Assembly (NCBI RefSeq): GCF_046484155.1 | Contig: NZ_JAWOBT010000133.1 | Coordinates: 5,785-69,784, forward strand | Reading direction: 5' to 3' | Source: Alkalibacterium sp. | Lineage (GTDB): Bacteria; Bacillota; Bacilli; Lactobacillales; Carnobacteriaceae_A | DNA length: 64,000 nt | Shown: positions 62,749-64,000 of the stretch, piece by piece | Layout: every line of letters begins with the position of its first letter | Numbering within the stretch: the stretch's first letter is position 1 | The notes under the pieces: model-generated | Databases searched by the model: none | What the model saw: only the letters and a program-made list of their open reading frames with translations | Told to the model about the DNA's origin: nothing | Made by a program: the position numbers and the translations under genes

Positions 62749-64000
62749 AAGAGCAGATATCAGAAAAATTTTAGTTATCGGTTCCGGCCCGATCGTTATT
62801 GGACAGGCAGCTGAGTTTGATTACGCGGGCACTCAGGCCTGCTTAGCTTTAAGAGAAGAAGGGTACTCCGTTGTTCTGATCAACTCTAACCCGGCTACTA
62901 TCATGACGGATAAAGAAATCGCGGATAAAGTGTATATAGAACCTTTGACATTGGAATTCGTTTCCAAAATATTACGCAAAGAGCGACCCGATGCGATCTT
63001 GCCGACTTTGGGAGGGCAGACGGGTTTAAATATGGCTATTCAGCTGGATGCAGCCGGTATCCTGGAAGAGTTGGATATCGAACTGCTCGGGACCAAGTTA
63101 TCTGCTATTAATCAAGCTGAAGATCGGGATCAGTTTCGTAACCTGATGCGTGAACTGAATGAACCTGTTCCAGACAGTGAAATCGTCCATACGATAGAAG
63201 AGGCGGTCGATTTTGCGGATGAAATAGGCTATCCGCTGATCGTTCGTCCGGCATTTACAATGGGCGGAACAGGTGGAGGATTATGCGATAATGAAACTGA
63301 ACTGAGGGAAATCGTAGCGAACGGAATCAGTTTATCACCTTTGAGTCAATGTCTGGTTGAAAGAAGTATAGCCGGATATAAAGAAATCGAGTATGAAGTC
63401 ATGAGAGACCATCATGATAATGCGATGGTCGTGTGTAATATGGAAAATATAGATCCTGTCGGCATTCATACAGGAGACTCGATCGTCATAGCGCCCAGTC
63501 AGACATTAACAGATAAAGAATATCAGCTGTTGAGAGATGTCTCATTGAAAATTATTCGAGCGCTGAAAATAGAGGGTGGATGTAATGTACAGTTAGCATT
63601 GGATCCGCATAGCTTCAACTATTTCATCATCGAAGTAAATCCACGGGTGAGCCGCTCTTCGGCGTTGGCGAGTAAAGCGACAGGATATCCTATCGCCAAA
63701 CTTGCGGCAAAAATAGCAGTTGGTCTGACGCTGGATGAAATGAAAAATCCTGTGACACAAACAACTTACGCTCAGTTTGAACCGGCCCTTGACTATGTGG
63801 TTGCCAAGATACCCAGGTGGCCGTTTGATAAATTTGAAACAGGAGACCGAACACTGACTACTCAAATGAAAGCAACGGGAGAAGTAATGGCTATCGGTCG
63901 CAGCATTGAAGAAAGTCTGTTGAAGGCTGTCCGTTCACTGGAAATTGGAGTCAGTCACATTGAACTGGATAGTTTGAAATCAGTGAGTGATGACCAGTTG
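62741..64000 (+). CDS. carB: Carbamoyl-phosphate synthase large subunit (partial, runs off the window; missing from the ORF track)
   Basis: ATG at 62741 reads [30 protein letters not shown]; later [22 protein letters not shown]. Confidence 0.97.
   Translation, partial: MPKRADIRKILVIGSGPIVIGQAAEFDYAGTQACLALREEGYSVVLINSNPATIMTDKEIADKVYIEPLTLEFVSKILRKERPDAILPTLGGQTGLNMAIQLDAAGILEELDIELLGTKLSAINQAEDRDQFRNLMRELNEPVPDSEIVHTIEEAVDFADEIGYPLIVRPAFTMGGTGGGLCDNETELREIVANGISLSPLSQCLVERSIAGYKEIEYEVMRDHHDNAMVVCNMENIDPVGIHTGDSIVIAPSQTLTDKEYQLLRDVSLKIIRALKIEGGCNVQLALDPHSFNYFIIEVNPRVSRSSALASKATGYPIAKLAAKIAVGLTLDEMKNPVTQTTYAQFEPALDYVVAKIPRWPFDKFETGDRTLTTQMKATGEVMAIGRSIEESLLKAVRSLEIGVSHIELDSLKSVSDDQL

Overview
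A low-GC Firmicutes chromosomal segment. Gene content, gene order and strongly acidic exported proteins suggest a rod-shaped lactic acid bacterium of the Carnobacteriaceae type (inference). It is almost entirely housekeeping: valS (3' end), radC, csp, mreBCD-minCD, a His T-box-controlled amino acid ABC transporter, rplU-prp-rpmA, ytxK-ackA, uspA/6S RNA/rarA, gshAB-iscS-mnmA, recD2, alaS with a T-box, ireB-ruvX, mltG-udk-greA, liaFSR, rnjA, tRNA-Ala(GGC), def, pdhABCD, typA, rsmD-coaD, comEA/comEC-holA, rpsT, uvrB and pyrR-pyrB-pyrC-carA-carB (partial). I saw no CRISPR array, prophage, intact transposase or defence island, and I cannot support a new multi-gene system. The most unusual signals are non-coding. 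First, the alaS T-box has no canonical terminator; its Stem III can instead zip into a 25-bp U-tailed helix. Second, a 44-bp collapsed IS200/IS605 relic sits inside the putative uvrB promoter. Third, there is a structured interspersed repeat before mnmA. Fourth, a small ORF with an A7 tract is coupled to comEC. Several usually syntenic genes are also absent from their normal slots (folC, comG, cymR, rpoY, ftsW, comEB, uvrA, pyrP). Annotations rest on motif recognition by eye; no searches were run.
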